From the human T2T-CHM13v2.0 reference genome, Homo sapiens, in NCBI RefSeq assembly GCF_009914755.1, contig NC_060932.1: a DNA stretch of 64,000 bases. One strand, given 5' to 3'. Below are positions 1-13,883 of this stretch, piece after piece. Within the stretch, counting starts at the first letter, position 1; each line of letters starts with the position of its first letter. Both the position numbers and the translations under genes were made by a program. The notes beneath the pieces are model-generated. The model did not search any database, was not told where the DNA came from, and saw only the letters and a program-made list of their open reading frames with translations.

Positions 1-3000
1 AATGATCCGGTGAGTTTTAGTTTCTTGCCTGAGAGTAGATTTCCTGAGGAAGGAACTCAAATGAGACAAATGTAAGTTTCAAGTTTTAAGGCTAGGGAGG
101 GTCAGTTTCTATGTTTATTCAAACAACTGTAAATGTTAGTTCTATGGGACAACAGGGATGACTTCAGTCCCCCTTTTCTATAGATCAGTTCCTCAGTCAT
201 GGGGAATCTGGTCATCGATCTTTCTGGCTGCTTCATGCTGAGGAGGGATGTTGTGGGATCATGAAGAGGCTTGGAAATGTTGCCCCTGTGGTTGGAATCA
301 GTCAGGGGTACTTTTATTTTGGTTTTAGAGCAACATTTTACACCACATTGACTAAGATAATAAATTACATAGATAACCCAAATTTAGATAATACCAAAGA
401 ATATGGAGTTGATCCCTTGGGGAAGCCAAGAGAATGTTCCTGAAAGCCGCATGTTCACTTTATGATTTCTTATCTAGCGTCTTTGTCTGGGCTTTGAATG
501 CTAACTTAAGGCCCTCCCAAGGTTCACAAGACCATGACTGTTTTCCCTGGAGGGATCCCAAAGGGACTGGTTTTACTCAAGTCTGGTGAATCCAAGTCTC
601 AACACTGGTTAAGAACAGAAGGGTGGCTGGCCAGCAGCACCTCAGAAGGGCCGATCCATTGTGGTTGCAGCTGGTCCTCCGCATGACTTGGTTCTCTGGT
701 TTCAGTTTCAAAGAGTGAGGAGGCACATCCGTAGGGAACTGGAGCCTATTGGAAGTAAACTCAGAGAAAGTAGTTAATATATTTCCAAAGGGTAAAGTTA
801 ATACCCTTACCATTATAAAGCCAGCCCCCACTGGTTTGCATAGGAAACATATCATCTGCTTCATCTGAGGTGCTCCACTTGACATTGATAAGTGGAGTTG
901 AGCAGTTTCCCTTCTCAGGGTAAACAGATCTTACTGGCTTTAAGTATTCAGTAAGTAAACAGATATTAGTGGCTTTTATCTAGTCAACCAGGCTGGCTAT
1001 TGTCTTGGGAATAACCTCCTGTGTGCCTGTAATATATATATTTATCTGTGATTGTTCACTAGCGAGCGGTGGGTTCTGAGTCAACCAAAACAGGTTCTTC
1101 TACTTTGCAGCATTTAAAACCAAAGACATTGCTCTTCAGTTAGTTATTCTCACAACCCATTTTAGTAAAGGTTTCTGAGGAAGCTGATGGTACCAATCTA
1201 CAAAACAGAACTTATCCCTTTACATTATACCCTCCGGTTTCAATAATTACTTGATTTTGCCTTTCTCCAACATTGACTACCTTTTTGGAAACTGCGGGTC
1301 TCAGAGGTGCTTTTTGGTGCCCGGGCATAATTTTCCCTTTTGTGGGTAGCTTTGAGGCTAGTGGTCTGAATCCAAACAGTCTCACATCTGAGCTTGGTTT
1401 AGTTTGAAGCCCGAACTCCGCACTCTCTTACTTTCTTTGGAACTATTATAGATAACAATAACTAAGGAATTTAATTTTTTTTCCTCGTTAGTTCACATTT
1501 CCTTATGCATCCAGTGAGCCAGCTCCCCAGGAGCTTAATCCATCTGTAAATTCCATGGGTAACTTGTAGCTTTAATAACTGAAAGCAGCACAGCTGCAGC
1601 TCCATATGATGGGTGACCAGAGTGCCATCAAGAATCAAAGGTTAATTTAATAACAGGTGTACTCTAGTGTTTTTTTTTTTGAAACACAATTTTTCTTTTT
1701 CCCAACCCCCATTTCTACCAAAGACAAATCATAGTAGACCCAATTTATTTGCAAAATTGTTAGTCTTATTCTAGGTGGCCTGATTATTTGCATAAAATAC
1801 AGCAAGAATTATTGTTCTCATAGGTTCTTTTAAATTGGGCTTTGCTGGAACTTTTCATAAGGAATCTCAGATTTGAAATTAAAGACCTCTCAAGCCCGGC
1901 CAAGGATTTATCTGTGCCTGAAGATACTTGTATGAATTGGGTGAATTCCTCTCTTCTTGAGGTCCCAGAATAACTTGTGGTTTCTGGGCCTGTCAGAAAG
2001 TGACATTCTTTACTTACCACAGGCCAGGAACCCTGCAAAGGAACTGTGTAGACCAGGTACAAGGGCAGTATTTTTAAGGGACTTTCATAGGCTCTGTAAG
2101 TCAACATCAATTCCTCAAAGCATTCTGCTCATATCTGAAAATACATTATTCCAGTCAAAGCCTTGGTAAAATAACCAGTGCCTCCAATTGTGTCCAGTTA
2201 TAAAAGAAAACAGAATTTTATTAAACTTATGCAAATAACTATTGCTATAAATTAGGAATATGCACAGTTTCCAAATTTTGCAGAAATCAGGTAGAAACAG
2301 AAATATGCTTCAAATTTTGATCACAAGATATACTCCACACAATAGTCGAAGGCTATACTTAGCTCAAAAGGAAAAAAAAAGCCTCGTTGACTCTAAAAAC
2401 AAAAACAAAAATAATCAGCAATTTGCAAAAGCAAATTTTGGACTATAGCTGATTGTAAGCTGCTTTTTGAGAAGAATCAAAATGAAACAATAATTGTAGA
2501 TGACAAAAGTCTTAAGACACCCATAGTTAAAGACACAATTGACAAGGAAATTTGGTTATTTCTGTGACAATTTAACATAATAATCATAATTATTCCTGAT
2601 AATATACTAAGATAAATCAGGATTTTAGGAATCTCATACAATTTTGGAACACATTTATATAAATATAACCCAAAGAAAGCCAAACTCCATTTCATATTTG
2701 ACAAAGCTTCCTGTAAAATTTTAACATATCAAATGAAAATAATATGTCCCTCTTGGGCTTCAGGGAACCCTACTATCTAAAAAGTTAGTTTCAAGTCAAA
2801 AGACTGAATTTAGAACTTGAAATTTTGATTTTGGAAAGTTGGTCAAATAACAAAGGTTTAAAACATTTCGTATCACAAAATAATATCACAGGTCACTATA
2901 AAATAGGTATTCATTTAGCCAAAATACTAATTACCAAATAATAAGGCCTAATAAAGACAGCATGAGGCCAAAAAAAAAAAAAGTCTCTCTCTCTCTCCTC

Positions 3001-3712
3001 TTTTTTTCCTGCAGTTTACTCAAAAGATAAACAAAAAACTTTTATTATCTCTTATTAATATTATATGAAAATTTTATTCAAAAGATAAAAACAAATTTTA
3101 CCTTGGTATGATGTATTATTTATGTTAAAGCTAATTTCAATAAATCTTTATAAATAATTCTATCCAAGTTTAATAAATTTGACCACAGGTAAGATTTTCA
3201 TAAGCCTTTTATAACCTTTCACAATTCTCTATGAAAGAGCAGGTCAGTGCTGTAGGAGAATCCTGTGATTCTGACACAGGGGCCCAGACACTGGCCTTGG
3301 AAAAGTGTGCTTTTGATATTGTTTACTTTCTAGAGAAAATCTGAACTAATCTTATCCCTCAAAATCAGCCCTACAATCTCACATGCCCACCTCTTCCCCA
3401 ATAGTCCCTGGGCCAAGAGAGATCAAACACTTTAACTTCTGGCCTCATGTCTTATGAAAGCAGTTCATTTTGATTGCCATCTTCTCTCAGTCTGAAGATG
3501 AGGCTTTGATTGGTGTCAGTGTTCAAGATTTAGCAGAAGGCAGTGCCTTTTTCGGACCCAGCCAAAGCTCTGTAACTCAACAGCACAAGGACTTTATTAG
3601 CAATAGAGAAAATTACGTGATGTAAAAGCCTTAATTCCTCAATGCCTCTAAGTCCCAGTATTCCTAAGCAATCAAAAACCTAATAATGATGACACAGGAA
3701 TTATCTTGGTAA

Positions 3713-4050
<338 letters not shown>

Positions 4051-6569
4051 GTGATTGCTTCTCTTTATGGGAAGCTTATTTAGATAACCTGAAAGTCAAA
4101 CCTGATGAACAATTTCAACATGGCAAGAAAAGCCAAGAGTATAGAATCAAATTATTCTAGAGGAAAACATTACTTTTCTAGACCTTCAAAATAAACATTC
4201 AAGCATCAGGCCACAACATCAGTTAGAACAGGAGGAAAAATAAAGTTACAGAAGCTGACAAAAAAGTTGAAGGAGAGAGTTATCATCTCAGGCCTTTACA
4301 ATGAGAAAGAAAAAAGCTGAAAACAGCAAGACACAACAAAGTTGCACCTCAGAGATAGAACTCTGAGAAGTTTTCAAAAAGAAACAGATTATAGAATTAA
4401 AATCAAAGCCTCTTATACAAGATCCTTTCTCATATAAAATCATTCTCTTTTCCTTATAACCTTTCTTACCAAAAATACATCTTCATATCCATAACTTTTT
4501 TACATGTCTTTCCCCTACTTAGTGTTTCCTTTTTTTTCGTTGTTTCATAAATAACTTTTCCAAGTCCATAATTTGAATCAACCTTTAGATAACTTCTGAA
4601 TTTAGACAAAATTATTCTTTTTCTCAATAAGGACACATCTTCTTTGGCATGCTTTATATACAGAATTATATATTAACTAGAATTCTTATTTTTAGTAACC
4701 TTAAATTTTAGTGAAAACCTAGGATGTAAGAAATCCTGAACTGTCTATCAGAATTTAGCATTTCACAGATGAAAACTTTCCACAATTTTTAAAAACGTGT
4801 TTCTCTAGGTCATAACCCTTTCTTTATTGGAAATGACCCAGACATCTAATGAGCTTCCAAAATAATTAGAAGATTTTTAAATCCACAAAGATTCCCTTAC
4901 AGTATTTACCCCATTTATATTTCATTCATTTTTAGCAGTTTATCTAGATGACTTATGAAAACAGTGATATCAGAAAAAGCTAGTAATGATTTCCTTGTTA
5001 ACCATTTTTATGACCGGTGCCTAATAGGCATTCATCTAGGTAAGAATCTTAAAGGCACACACATAGGTATTTTCACCCATAACGCAGAAGATTCACCTGT
5101 TTTTGTTAAACCAACAACATTAAATTAGTTTTATTCATTTAAAAAAAAAATCACAGAAAGATCATTTTGTTCTTGTCTGGCTTTGCAGTCTTACAACCTT
5201 TTGTGCCAAACCCTGACACCTTAAAATTTCCAGCAGAGACAAATATAAAACCCAGACAAAAATATATGCTGACAACTCTGAAGACATTTTTATTTTTATT
5301 TTACTAATAATCTTAAAGCCAGCTTGCTTATGATACATTTACTTCAGTCATACACATTTGAAAAATGCTTGGACTTATTTACTTAACTTATGAGTGCTCT
5401 TTTAGTTATAGGCCAATTTGGTACTGTATGAAAACACGTAACATTCAGATACATGTACACCCATATAAATAAAGAGCCAGTAACTTTTACCTTGGAATTC
5501 TAGCCATGAGACAGCAATGCAAACTTACTAGTCTGTAAAAGATAGCTGGATCCAAATGATTTCTGACAAAATTGGGACCTGTCCACATGGCTAAACTTTA
5601 TTTGCTCTGATAGGTAATCCGATGAAGGCTGTGAACCAAAACTTTGGGTAAAGCAGTTTCCATGGTAGTTAGATTTCCTTTTAGAGGTCAAACTCTCCCA
5701 AACTCCAAAGAATACTGGGGCCAAACACACTACAGAAGAACATTATGTACTAACTAGGCCCAACCCTGCTTAGAACAGCAGCATAAAATCCTGGGTACAT
5801 GGAAGTCCCTCCTGCTTTCCTATTCAACAGCAAAATGAAGACTGCCCTATAATTCAAAGACCTTCCAAGATGAGATGAGACCTGGCACTTTTGAGGTGGG
5901 ATGGCCATAGCCATCAGCCTACAACTATATTCAGACCAACCGTGAAGGATGCATCAAAGTGGGCAGCGCTGTGGGATCAAATCCCGACCTCCCACAACTA
6001 CATCAAAACATACACAAAACAATCAACAAAATATAATACAACTGTTGCAGCAGCAAACAAGGGCCAAAAGGCCCAAACTGAAACAGTTGAGGTGCTTCCT
6101 CTCTCTGTCTGTTTGGCTTGTTCAACCTGCAAATGGAAAGTCCTTTGAAATTTCTCAAGCTGAGAGGAGCTGATCTCACTGTCTGGTAACCACAAAAGAC
6201 ACTCAGTTGCCAAGACACACAAGCAATTACTAACAAGCCCCAAGAGTGTACAAACTGAAACAGTCAGAGTGCTTTCCTCTTTGACAGTTGGGCTTGTTCC
6301 ATCTACAAATGGAAATTCCTCCAGAATTTCCCAAATTGAGAGGAGCTGATCCTGCTCTCTGAGCCCACAAAAGACACTCACCTACCCAGACACTGATGCC
6401 AAATTAAAAAGGCTGTTCTTAGGCAATCAAGAATGCAGTTGGAGCTGGCAACGGTGGGGCTAGAGAGAGAGAGACTGAAACCAACCTCTGGCCAAAAAAA
6501 GGTGGGCAGCTGCTTAGGAGGGCTTCTGAAACTCTGCCAGCCCACTGTGGTCAAGCCACAAGCAGCACG

Positions 6570-6587
6570 TTCCCAGTTAGGGAACCA
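6570..6587 (-). promoter_or_regulatory. Primer binding site complementary to tRNA-Glu
   Basis: Plus strand TTCCCAGTTAGGGAACCA vs tRNA-Glu 3' end TTCCCGGTCAGGGAACCA (16/18), 5 nt from the LTR boundary TGTTAC at 6593. Confidence 0.75.
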
Positions 6588-6627
6588 AAATCTGTTACTG
6601 AAATAGCAGGGGTTTGGTCTAGGTCCT

Positions 6628-7017
6628 TGTATTAGTCTGTTCTCACATTGGTATAAAGAACTACCTGAGACTGGATAATTTATGAAGAAAAGAGGTTTAA
6701 TTGACTCACAGTTCCACAGGCTGTATAGGAAGCAAAGCATGGCTGGGAGGCCTCAGGAAACTTATAATAATGGTAGAAACTGAAAGGGAAGCAAGCACAT
6801 CTTACCATGGCAGAGCAGGAGAGAGAGAGAGCAAAGGGGGAGCTGCTACACACTGTTAAACAACCAGATCTTGTGAGAACTCATTCACTATCACAAGAAC
6901 AGCAAGGGGGAATTCCACCCTTATGATCCAATCACCTCCCACCAGGTCCCTCCCCTAACATTGGGAATTACAATTCGACATGAAATTTGGGTGGTGACAC
7001 AGAGCCAAACACTATCG
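6628..7017 (-). mobile_element. MaLR solo LTR (MSTA/MSTB-like) inserted in the ERV1 5' LTR
   Basis: TGTATTAGTC...CCAAACACTATCG termini; 5-bp TSD GTCCT at 6623-6627 and 7018-7022. Confidence 0.88.
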
Positions 7018-8243
7018 GTCCTGCTGCTCACTGTATAGAAAGCCAATCACTAAATCAACGAGTATTGCCAGGGAAGAAGGCTTTGATAGGGTGCTGCAGC
7101 CAAGGAGAACAGGAGATAGTCTCAAATCTGTCTCCCCAATCGACTAAAATTGGGGGGTTTATGTAGCAGGCAAGGTAGGAAAACAGGAATTAGAAAAGAG
7201 TAAGGAAGCAATTATGATGGATGAGGGGTCTGGCATCTCACTGGTTGTGGTGATCTGGTGAGTTTCAGTTCCTTGCCTGAAGGTAAGTTTCCTGAGAAAG
7301 AAACTCAAATGAGACAAATGTTAAGTTTCAAGTTTTAAGACTAGGGAGCCTCAATTTCTATGTTGATTAAAAAAAATCATAAATATTTGTTCTAATGGAC
7401 AATCAAGTCAGTTTCATCCATATGTTCTCAATGATTACAGAGAAAGGGAAAGGAGAATAAGGGAAAGGAGCAAGCATTGGCTTACAAAATTTCTGCCCGG
7501 AAGTGACATATGACATTTTTTTCTTACATTTCATTGGCAAAGTGAGTCACATTATCACTCCTGAGATCTTATGAATGCAGAAAAATGATTCTACATGTGC
7601 CTATGGCAAAAGACCACCATTTGTAAACTGCTGTACTGACTTCCATAGGTACCATCCATGTAAGAGACGATGATGACAGAGCAGGAGGTGCCATCTTTGA
7701 CGTAAAGAGGAAAGAGAGAAAAGCAAAGCTCTAAAGATACAACTTCAAAGAACATTCTTATTTATATGACAGTAGGAGGAACACATACTTGAGAAGGGAA
7801 AATAAAAACATGTAGACAAGCAAAGGGCTCAGTTTCATCTAGGGTCACATCTGTGAGAAGCATGTCAAGAAGTTTCCTCAGTGCCCAATCTGGAGATAAG
7901 TCAATGAGGCAAAGCTGGGTCTAACCTTGAAGAAGACATGGTTGGCCTTCAGGAGAGCTGCTTCAGGGAGGCAAGGGGGCTGGATAAGAAGCCAGTCTGA
8001 GAAGGGAGCCATCAAAAGTGGGGGCAGAACACTGAAATATGGGAAAAAGGAAGGGACACAAGATGGTTGCTTAAGGTAGCAGCAAAACCAAAGCTGCTTT
8101 GTTAAATCAAACCTGACACAGTTTTTGATTCACCCATTCAGCAAATATTTATTGAACATTCACTCTTGCCAAACACTGTTTTAGGAGCTGGGAGAGAGAA
8201 AGCAAGATAAGTTTCCTGTTCCCATGGAACTTTTCTTCTAGTG

Positions 8244-8861
8244 CAACAGTCCTCAAACTTTTGGCACAAGGGGCTGGTTTTGTGGAAGACAATTTTTCCA
8301 TAGACTGGGGCGTGGTTGGTTTCAGGATGAAACTGTTTCACCTCAGATCATCAGGCATTAGGTTCTCATAAGGAGCACACAACCTCGATTCCTCCATGTG
8401 CAGTTCACAACAGGTTTTGTGCTCTGATATGGTTTGGCTGTGTCTTCACCCAAATCTTACCTTGCATTGTGATAATCCCCACATGTCAAGGGTGGGGCCA
8501 GGTGGAGATAATTGAATCATGGGGGAGGTTTCCCCCATACTGTTCTTGTGGTAGTGAATAAGTTTCACAAGACCTGATGGTTTCATAAATGGGAGTTCCC
8601 CTGCACAAGCTCTCTTGCCTGCCACCATGTAAGAGATGACTTTGCTCCTAATTTACCTTCTGCCATGATTGTGAGGCCTCCCCAGCCATGTGGAACTGTG
8701 AATCAATCTTCTTTCTTTTATAAATTTTATACACTCCTGTGAGAATCCAATGCCACCTCCGATCTAACAGGCGGCAGAGCTCAGGTGGTAATGCTTGCCT
8801 GCCCACAGCTTGCCTACTGCTGTATGGTACTGGTCCATGGCCCAGGGGTTGGGGACCCCTG
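8244..8861. mobile_element. MER1B-like hAT-Charlie DNA transposon
   Basis: Termini CAACAGTCCTCAAAC...GGTTGGGGACCCCTG; 8-bp hAT TSD TTCTAGTG at 8236-8243 and 8862-8869. Confidence 0.85.
8425..8731 (+). mobile_element. THE1 MaLR solo LTR nested in MER1B
   Basis: TGATATGGTTTGGCTGTGTC start, THE1 body, small deletion near the 3' end. Confidence 0.85.
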
Positions 8862-9159
8862 TTCTAGTGGAGGCAACATACAATAAACAAGTGAGCAAGG
8901 AAATGAATGAGTGAAGAGATGATTTCCCATTATATCTAGTTCAGATAAGATAAATTATATTTAGTTCTTCCTTCCCTTCTGAAAGGAAGTAACCATGTGG
9001 GTGGGAGGTATGAGCTGAAGAGCATATTCACACTAGTCAGGAAAGGTCTCTCAGGATGTGACATGTAAGTTGACTCCCAGAGGACAAGAAACATCAGTCA
9101 AGCTGATTTTGAGGTTTTGAGCTGGAATGTTCCATGGCATGCAAAATCTCCAATGGCAA

Positions 9160-9705
9160 TGTCACAGGGCAAACCCCCAAATTAGGGTTCATCCCAGGAG
9201 GCCACATGGGTCCTTGGCTTTGAGCAGGAAGGAATTCAAGAGCCAGTCAAAAGAGTAAAGTGAAAGCAAGTTTATTAAGAGAGTAAAGGAATAAAAGGGT
9301 GGCTACTCCACAGGCAGAGCAGCCCCAAGATCTTCTAGTTGGCTACTTTTATGGTTATTTCTTGAGCATATCCTAAATAAGGGGTAGATTATTCATCTGA
9401 GTTTTCCAGGAAAGGGGCCGGGAATTCCCAAAACTGAGGGTTCCTCCCCATTTCAGGCCATACAAGGTAACTTCCAGACGTTGTGATGGCATCTATAAAC
9501 TGCCATGGCACTGGTTGGGGTTTCCTTTAGCGTGCTAATGTATTATAATTAGTGTATAATGCACAGTGAGGATGGCCAGAGATCACTTTTGTCACCATCT
9601 TGGTTTTGGTGGAGTTTGGCTGGCTTCTTTCCCGCATCCTGCTTTATCAGTGGGGTCTTTGTGACCTGTATCTTGTGAAACCAGTCCTGCCAAACTCCTA
9701 TCTCA
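9160..9705 (-). mobile_element. ERV1 solo LTR, MER41-family-like
   Basis: Reverse complement begins TGAGATAGGAG and carries CACAAGATACAGGTCACAAAGACCCCACTGATAAA and CCAAAACCAAGATGG, typical of MER41; TG...CA termini. Confidence 0.7.
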
Positions 9706-9939
9706 AGATCAAGCTCTCACAGAAAATAGGGACAAGGTGGAAATTTAAAATTTAAAATTTTAAAATTTTAAATTTTAAATATCTGGGTTTGTATACTTGT
9801 GTGTTTGTATATTTGTGTGTAAATACCTACAGTAAATGAAGTTTCTGGAAGACATTTACTTCTCAATACGTAAGATTCATTAGTTAGAGGTATATGCCTT
9901 CTCCCTTAGGCAACTCTGCCACAGAATCATCTTCAGCAG

Positions 9940-10507
9940 TGTTGGAGCTCAGAAACCATTCTCCAAAATATGGTGCTTTGACATGCTGAACTGTAGAAGA
10001 AGCCTTAAGGTCTCTTCAACCTTCCCCTCTTCCCACCATCTCTCTCAAAGCACAGGATAAAGTTGTTAAGTTCCATTATCTCCCTTAAGTCTGGACCCCC
10101 CTCCCCACCAAAAAGGAGAACAATTATTTTGTCTTCCTGTCACTGTAAGACCAAGAATGTAACCACACCTGAACAGACCTTTTCACAAGGTAATGTCTGC
10201 CTCTCAGGCTTATTCAAATTCCAAAGAGAAGTGTTTACAAGTAATCTCTGTTCCAGGATCCATGGTTCTTCCCAGCAAGCCTTTACTGTTCCTCAAAAGA
10301 ATTCCTCTTCTCCTCTTCCCATAATCTGTTTTGCCAGGATGCTAGAGAAGCGTCCAAATCCCCTTGGCAGGAGGTAATCACTGTGATTCTCCTCATGTAC
10401 GTGTTAATAAAATTCGAATGCCTTTTCACCAACTAATCTGCCTTTTGTGAGATGATCTTTCAGTGAACATTCAGAGGGTGAACGGGAAGTTTCCCTTGGT
10501 CCCAACA
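9940..10507 (+). mobile_element. ERV1 solo LTR (MER39/MER34-group-like)
   Basis: TGTTGGAGCTCAGAAACC...CCCAACA termini, AATAAA near 10407, degraded 4-bp TSD GCAG/GCTG. Confidence 0.65.
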
Positions 10508-10957
10508 GCTGTTTGGGAAAGATGGCTGCCGGGTAGCAATCTGCTGAGGTGGATTCTCTCAGTGTTTTCAATAGTGCAGACTCTTTCTTTCTATGATTTT
10601 TGAACCAGCCCTTACTGGCTTAACATGCAATACATCTTCTACTTGGATTTGCCCTAGTTTCAGATGTATAGAATTTAGTCATATACCTGTATAAGGCTGA
10701 GCTTTCTCAAATATTACTGTGGGACTTAGGAAGGATTTTCCTGGGTCTATTCTTTTACCCGTGTGGGTTTTTGAAAAAGAAACTTAAACAGATCTCTGCA
10801 GAACTCTATGACTAGCCTCTGTAGCTTTAGGAGATGAAAGTATAAACCAAAATGTATCTGAGACAATCTCAGTCAACTTAGAATTTTATTTTGCCAAGGT
10901 TAAGGATGTGCCCGTGGCACAGCCTCAGGAGTTTCTGACATGTGCCCAAGGAAATTT

Positions 10958-11861
10958 TGATACAGGAGCTAGAAAGAAATTATTTAGGCAGTTAGTGAGG
11001 GTAAGAGAGTCTTTGGCAAGGTTTCCCTTTTAATAAAAAGCAGCCCCCAAATCATTTTTTTTCTAACAAAAAGAAGCCTGAAAAATCAAGCTGCAGACAT
11101 AAAAAAGCAAGCTAGAAGCTTGCAGGGGTGAATGCCGGCAGCTGTGCACAACATGGAGGCTCCATCTTCCCTTTTCTTTGTCAACCACGTGTAAAGAAGC
11201 AAGCAACATGGTGCCGGCCAGGTAGAGAACTCATTTGCATGATAACAGATGAGGGTGGGGCGGCCAGCTTCTTCGTGTGCTATGTAAATGGCACACCTGA
11301 TCCAACCAATCTCTCATCCCCTATGTAAATCAGACATCACCTCCTCAAACTCATCTATAAAACCACGTGCATTTCACCATGGAAATGGAAGACCCACGCA
11401 GGACCCCCCCTCTCTATGCAGAAGAGAGACCTTTTCTCTTTCTCTCGCCTATTAAACGTCCTTTTTTTTTTCTTTTGAGACAGAGTCTCGCTCTGTGGCC
11501 CAGGCTGGAGTGCAGTGTTGCGATTTTGGCTCACTGCAACCTCCGCCTCCTGGGTTCAAGCAATTCTCTGCCTCAGCCTCTTGAGTAGCGGGGATTACAG
11601 GCATGTGCCACCACGCCTGGCTAATTTTTGCATTTTTAGTAAAGACGGGGTTTCACCAACTTGGCCAGGCTGGTCTTGAACTCCTGACCTCGTGATCCAA
11701 CCGCCTCGGCCTCCCAAAGTGCTGGGATTACAGGCATGAGCCACCATGACCGGCCTTAAACATCCACTCTTAAACTACTCCTTGTGTGTTCGTGTCCTTG
11801 ATTTCCTTGGCCGTGAGGTAACAAACCTCAGGTATTTTCCCAGACAAATGGCTCTGCTTCA
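10958..11861 (+). mobile_element. ERV1 solo LTR (MER50-like) nested in MER4
   Basis: TGATACAGGAGCTAGAAAGAAATTATTTAGGCAG start, CTTCA end, TATA-like CTATAAAA at ~11355, degraded TSD ATTT/GTTT. Confidence 0.65.
11462..11755 (-). mobile_element. AluS
   Basis: Full antisense Alu dimer with a short T tail inside the MER50-like LTR. Confidence 0.93.
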
Positions 11862-12622
11862 GTTTGGCTACAGCTGGGATTTATACATTTTAGGGAGACA
11901 TAAGACATCCATCAATACATGTAAGATATACATTGGTTCAGTCTGGAAAGACAGGACAACTTGAAGTGGGAGCGAGAAGCGGGACTTCCAGGTCATAGAT
12001 GGATTCAAAGATTTTTTGATTGGCAATTTGTTGAAAGAGTTTATCTGCAGACCTGGAATCCATAGAAAGAAGTGTCTGGACTAAGATAAGGAGTTGTGGA
12101 GACCAAGGTTCTTATTAAGCAGATGAAGCCTCCAGGTAGCAGGCTTCAGAGACAATAGATTGTAAATGTTTCTTATCAGACTTAAAAAGGTGCTAGACTC
12201 TTAGTTAATTCTCTCCTGGATCAGAAGAAAAGAACTGGAAAGGGAAAGGGAGTCTCTACAGAATGTAGATTTTTTCCCCATGAGAGAAAGCTTTGCAGGG
12301 CCATTTCAAAATATGTCAAATAAATATATTTTAGGGTAAAATGCTTCGATTTCATTCAGGGCCTGCTATTTGTCAAGTGATGCTATACTAAAGTCAGGCT
12401 GGGACTTGAAGCCTTATTGTTACAAGAAGTCTTAAGATGTCTGTTTTGATGTTAATGCTGGTCAGTTGTCCCTGAATTCCAAAGGGTGGAGGGCATAATG
12501 AGGCATGGCCAACACCCCTGACCCCGGCTTCCCATCCTGGCCTGAACTAGGTTTTCAGGTTAACTTTAGAATTCCCTTAGCTGAGAGGAGGGGTCCAATC
12601 AAAGGGCTGGAAGGCTTAGAAT

Positions 12623-13458
12623 TTTATTTTTAGTTTACAAAAGCAATCATTTTGGCCATTATGGTCTGAATTAAATTGCCACTAGGAAACACTATATATA
12701 TTTTAAAGTTGGGATGATGCCATTGTGGTGGGATAATCTGGAAGAAGCTTAATTTGTGTTAATTTATTTCTATTTATTCTTAATATTTGCCTATATCCCC
12801 CCTGCTATAACATAGCTCCCTGAATACAGGAATACTTGTCTGTTTTGTTCCTGGATATTTCTCCAGCTCCTAGAAAGTGCCTGACCTGGAGAAGGTGCTC
12901 ATGAAGCATCCAATGAATCAGTGTTTCTTCTACTTGTGGGACTGTCCTACCAGTCCCCTATTGACTCCAGTAGGGATGGCACCATGTCTGAGAGGCCAAA
13001 GAAGAGACCTGGAGACAGAAGGTTTATTAGCATGGAGGGGGTGGGAACTTACATACAGAGAAATCCAGGGGAGGCAGGCTGGACAGGAGAACTGCTATTG
13101 TTTGTAAACAGCATGTTGTGTATAAAACATTTTCACTTAGCACCCTCTACCTGGCAACCTCCATTTAACCCAAAACAAAGGGCCTCAACTCCCTCTATGG
13201 CCTGTGTTCCAAAGAATGGGCAGAGGTTTCAGACGACCATCACAGATAAAGCAAATCTCTGGGTTGGCCACTGCCACTCTTAGATTCTGTGAAAGGAAAA
13301 TCTTGGGGTCCCAAAATTACTAAACTAAAGGGAAAAGTCAAGCTGGGGACTGCTTAGGTCAAACCTCCCTCCCATTCTATTCAAAGTCATCCTTCTGCTC
13401 ACTGAGCTAGAGGCAGATCTGACTGCCTCCTTCAAAAAGGCTTCAGAAATTCAATATG
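12623..13458 (+). repeat. ~836-bp direct duplication, left copy (flanks HERV-H)
   Basis: Matches 19635-20469 with about 11 differences by eye; near-identical ORF pairs in the track at offset 7011 (12877/19888, 12921/19932). Confidence 0.97.
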
Positions 13459-13461
13459 AAA

Positions 13462-13881
13462 CTGAGCCCAAGCCAAGCCATCGCATCCCCTGTGACTTGC
13501 ACGTATACATCCAGATGGCCTGAAGTAACTGAAGATCCACAAAAGAAGTAAAAATAGCCTTAACAGATGACATTCCACCATTGTGATTTGTTCCTGCCCC
13601 ACCCTAACTGATCAATGTACTTTGTAATCTCCCCCACCCTTAAGAAGGTTCTTTGTAATTCTCCCCACCCTTGACAATGTACTTTGTGAGATCCACCCTG
13701 CCCACAAAACATTGCTCTTAACTTCACTGCCTATCCCAAAACCTATAAGAACTAATGATAATCCACCACCCTTTGCTGACTCTCTTTTCGGACTCAGCCC
13801 GCCTGCACCCAGGTGAAATAAACAGCCATGTTGTTCACACAAAGCCTGTTTGGTGGTCTCTTCACACGGATGCACATGAAA
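13462..13881 (+). promoter_or_regulatory. HERV-H 5' LTR (LTR7Y/type Ia-like), missing first 10 nt
   Basis: Starts CTGAGCCCAAGCC where the 3' LTR has TGTCACGCCT upstream; type-II repeats with three CCCCACCC (KLF-like) boxes; CTATAAGA at ~13743; AATAAA at 13817; ends CATGAAA. Confidence 0.9.
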
Positions 13882-13883
13882 TT

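Larger units (their letters stand above)
8130..9140 (-). mobile_element. L2 3'-end fragment, interrupted by MER1B
   Basis: CATTCAGCAAATATTTATTGAAC... is the antisense L2 3' terminus; the sequence resumes after 8869. Confidence 0.6.
10841..12639 (-). mobile_element. MER4 (B/D/E-type) solo LTR, interrupted by another LTR and an Alu
   Basis: MER4 motifs TTTTGCCAAGGTTAAGGA and CATTTTAGGGAGACA; 4-bp TSD AAAG at 10837-10840 and 12640-12643. Confidence 0.75.

Noticed and set aside
9740-9782. AT-only quasi-palindromic run AAATTTAAAATTTAAAATTTTAAAATTTT
   Set aside because: A short simple repeat, common in primate DNA.
12877-13283. Paired 76-aa and 120-aa ORFs repeated at 19888-20294, resembling a duplicated gene
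   Set aside because: They span L2 and LTR sequence; their similarity simply reflects the 836-bp duplication.
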